Shown piece by piece: positions 62,914 to 64,000 of a stretch of 64,000 bases of DNA (within the stretch, counting starts at the first letter, position 1; each line of letters opens with the position of its first letter). The notes below the pieces were generated by a model. The model was given only the letters and a program-made list of their open reading frames with translations. It had not been told where the DNA came from and did not search any database. The position numbers were made by a program, and so were the translations under genes. The stretch covers positions 14,239 through 78,238 of IMG/VR virus record IMGVR_UViG_2833778570_000001; one strand, 5' to 3'. Source of the stretch: a virus (taxonomy: Duplodnaviria; Caudoviricetes).

Positions 62914-64000
62914 GGACCACCTCCGGCATCTCGTCCCAGGTGCGACCATCGAGGACGCGGCCGGCCGCCGTCTTTCCGACCGCGAAGAGCGTGTGGCACT
63001 CGCCGCCCACCGGCAGCGGCTCCGTGGGGAAGGTCACCTCCGGCACGCGGCAGCAGCGCGTGCTGTCTGCCGGCATGCCCTCCGGCACCGGCTCATAGAG
63101 CGCATCCACCTCCGGCTCCGTCATCACGCAGCAGGGCTTCCACGCGCCCCACTGCTTGAAGAAGAAGCGCACGTCCGCGCCCACACACTGGTCGCGCAGG
63201 CGCCGCGCCCAGACGGGGTGCATGGGCCGCGCGCCCGGCCCGGACTCGCCCCCGACGACGACCCAGTCCAGCCCCCGACTCCCACCGACTGCCGGAAGTA
63301 CGTGGTGGTGAACCGGTCCGTTCCAGCCGCTGGTCTGCATTCGCCACGGGATGAAGCGCGCAAGGTCCACCGCCCCGAGGAGTGGTTCGCAGGACAGCCA
63401 CCGCACCGCAGCGGGCGTGCGCAGCAGCTCCGGGATGCGCTCGTCGGCACGCTGCTGGTCCTCCACCGACACGCCCAGCCACACGTTCGGCAGCGGCCAG
63501 CGCGGGTCTCCCGGCTCCAGCTTGAGCCCACGCCGCGTCGCCTCCATAGCGGCGATGGACAGCACCTGGCCCCGGAAGTCCTCGCTGCCCACGGTGCGCG
63601 CCATGACGTCCGCGCGCTTCGTCAGCACCTGGAAGGTGTGCCGCCGCGCGAGCGCCATCACCGCGAACACCCTCGCGATGTCCTTCACCTGGAGCTCCTC
63701 GTGGAAGAGGTCGCTCATGCTGTTGACGAAGACGCGCCGGGGCTTCCGCCAGTGGAGCGGCTCCAGCAGCTTCTCCGCGTCGAGCACCACCTTGCCCGTC
63801 CACCGCGGGCCCGCCGGGGTGCTCTTCACGAGCCCCTCATAGGCCTGCCCCGGCCCCGACAGCCGGATGGCCATGCGCTCCGCGTAGCAGCCGCCCTTGC
63901 GCGCGCCGGGAGTGCCGCCACCGCAGCCTGGGGAGACGCGGGAGCAGCCGCGTGTCGGGTTCCACACGACGTCCGTCCACTCAATGGCCGTCTCAGCCAT
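62906..64000 (-). CDS. DUF5131 (phage Gp37/Gp68) family protein
   Basis: TAIEWTD..WNP..GC..VSPGC..CYA, FVNSMSDLFH, FQVLTKR, LSCEPLLG, WVVVGGESG..ARPM, FFFKQWG. Confidence 0.9.
   Translation of the reverse strand: MAETAIEWTDVVWNPTRGCSRVSPGCGGGTPGARKGGCYAERMAIRLSGPGQAYEGLVKSTPAGPRWTGKVVLDAEKLLEPLHWRKPRRVFVNSMSDLFHEELQVKDIARVFAVMALARRHTFQVLTKRADVMARTVGSEDFRGQVLSIAAMEATRRGLKLEPGDPRWPLPNVWLGVSVEDQQRADERIPELLRTPAAVRWLSCEPLLGAVDLARFIPWRMQTSGWNGPVHHHVLPAVGGSRGLDWVVVGGESGPGARPMHPVWARRLRDQCVGADVRFFFKQWGAWKPCCVMTEPEVDALYEPVPEGMPADSTRCCRVPEVTFPTEPLPVGGECHTLFAVGKTAAGRVLDGRTWDEMPEVVRG

Larger units (their letters stand above)
10184..64000 (-). mobile_element. siphovirus-like (lambdoid tail) prophage; continues beyond the right edge, left boundary possibly further left
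   Basis: Colinear early, replication, packaging, head, tail (G/T, H, M, L, K, I, J) and lysis modules, nearly all on the minus strand with coupled stop/start codons. Confidence 0.95.

Noticed and set aside
12588-64000. Numerous long plus-strand ORFs rich in Arg/Ala/Gly/Pro (e.g. 14571-16943, 31111-33096, 44918-46729, 51400-53412)
   Set aside because: Typical high-GC antisense or alternative-frame shadows of well-supported minus-strand genes; no motifs
1-64000. tRNA or rRNA genes
   Set aside because: No cloverleaf-like or rRNA-like sequence was recognised by eye

Overview
High-GC sequence with typical myxobacterial gene families (Cys-rich and RCC1 lipoproteins, SitA-like toxin). About 10.2-64 kb is a lambda-like, long non-contractile-tail prophage read on the minus strand: early DNA-modification and replication genes (54.8-64 kb), a variable late-control region (47-54.6 kb), terS-terL-portal-head (38-47 kb), tail (14.2-38 kb) and lysis (10.2-13.6 kb). 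No integrase or repressor lies in the window. The 1-10 kb stretch holds accessory cargo that may belong to the prophage arm: a PIN pair, repeat-flanked mini-cassettes, lipoproteins, and an HNH lipoprotein toxin with SMI1/KNR4 immunity. Most striking: (i) two paralogous Hint (intein-like) domains fused to the C-termini of virion tail proteins, the ubiquitin-like gpI and the receptor-binding half of a split gpJ; (ii) an extra JAB/MPN isopeptidase with an intact motif, translationally coupled between terL and portal; (iii) defence-like morons at tail-operon junctions (GGDEF plus PLD nuclease, Mrr-like nuclease) and a Ser/Thr kinase, UvrD-like helicase and PD-(D/E)xK nuclease upstream of terS; (iv) a C5 methyltransferase with 7 tandem TRD-like repeats. 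An IS10-like IS4 element with a 9-bp TSD clips only two residues off the PLD nuclease. All assignments come from motifs read by eye; no searches were run.
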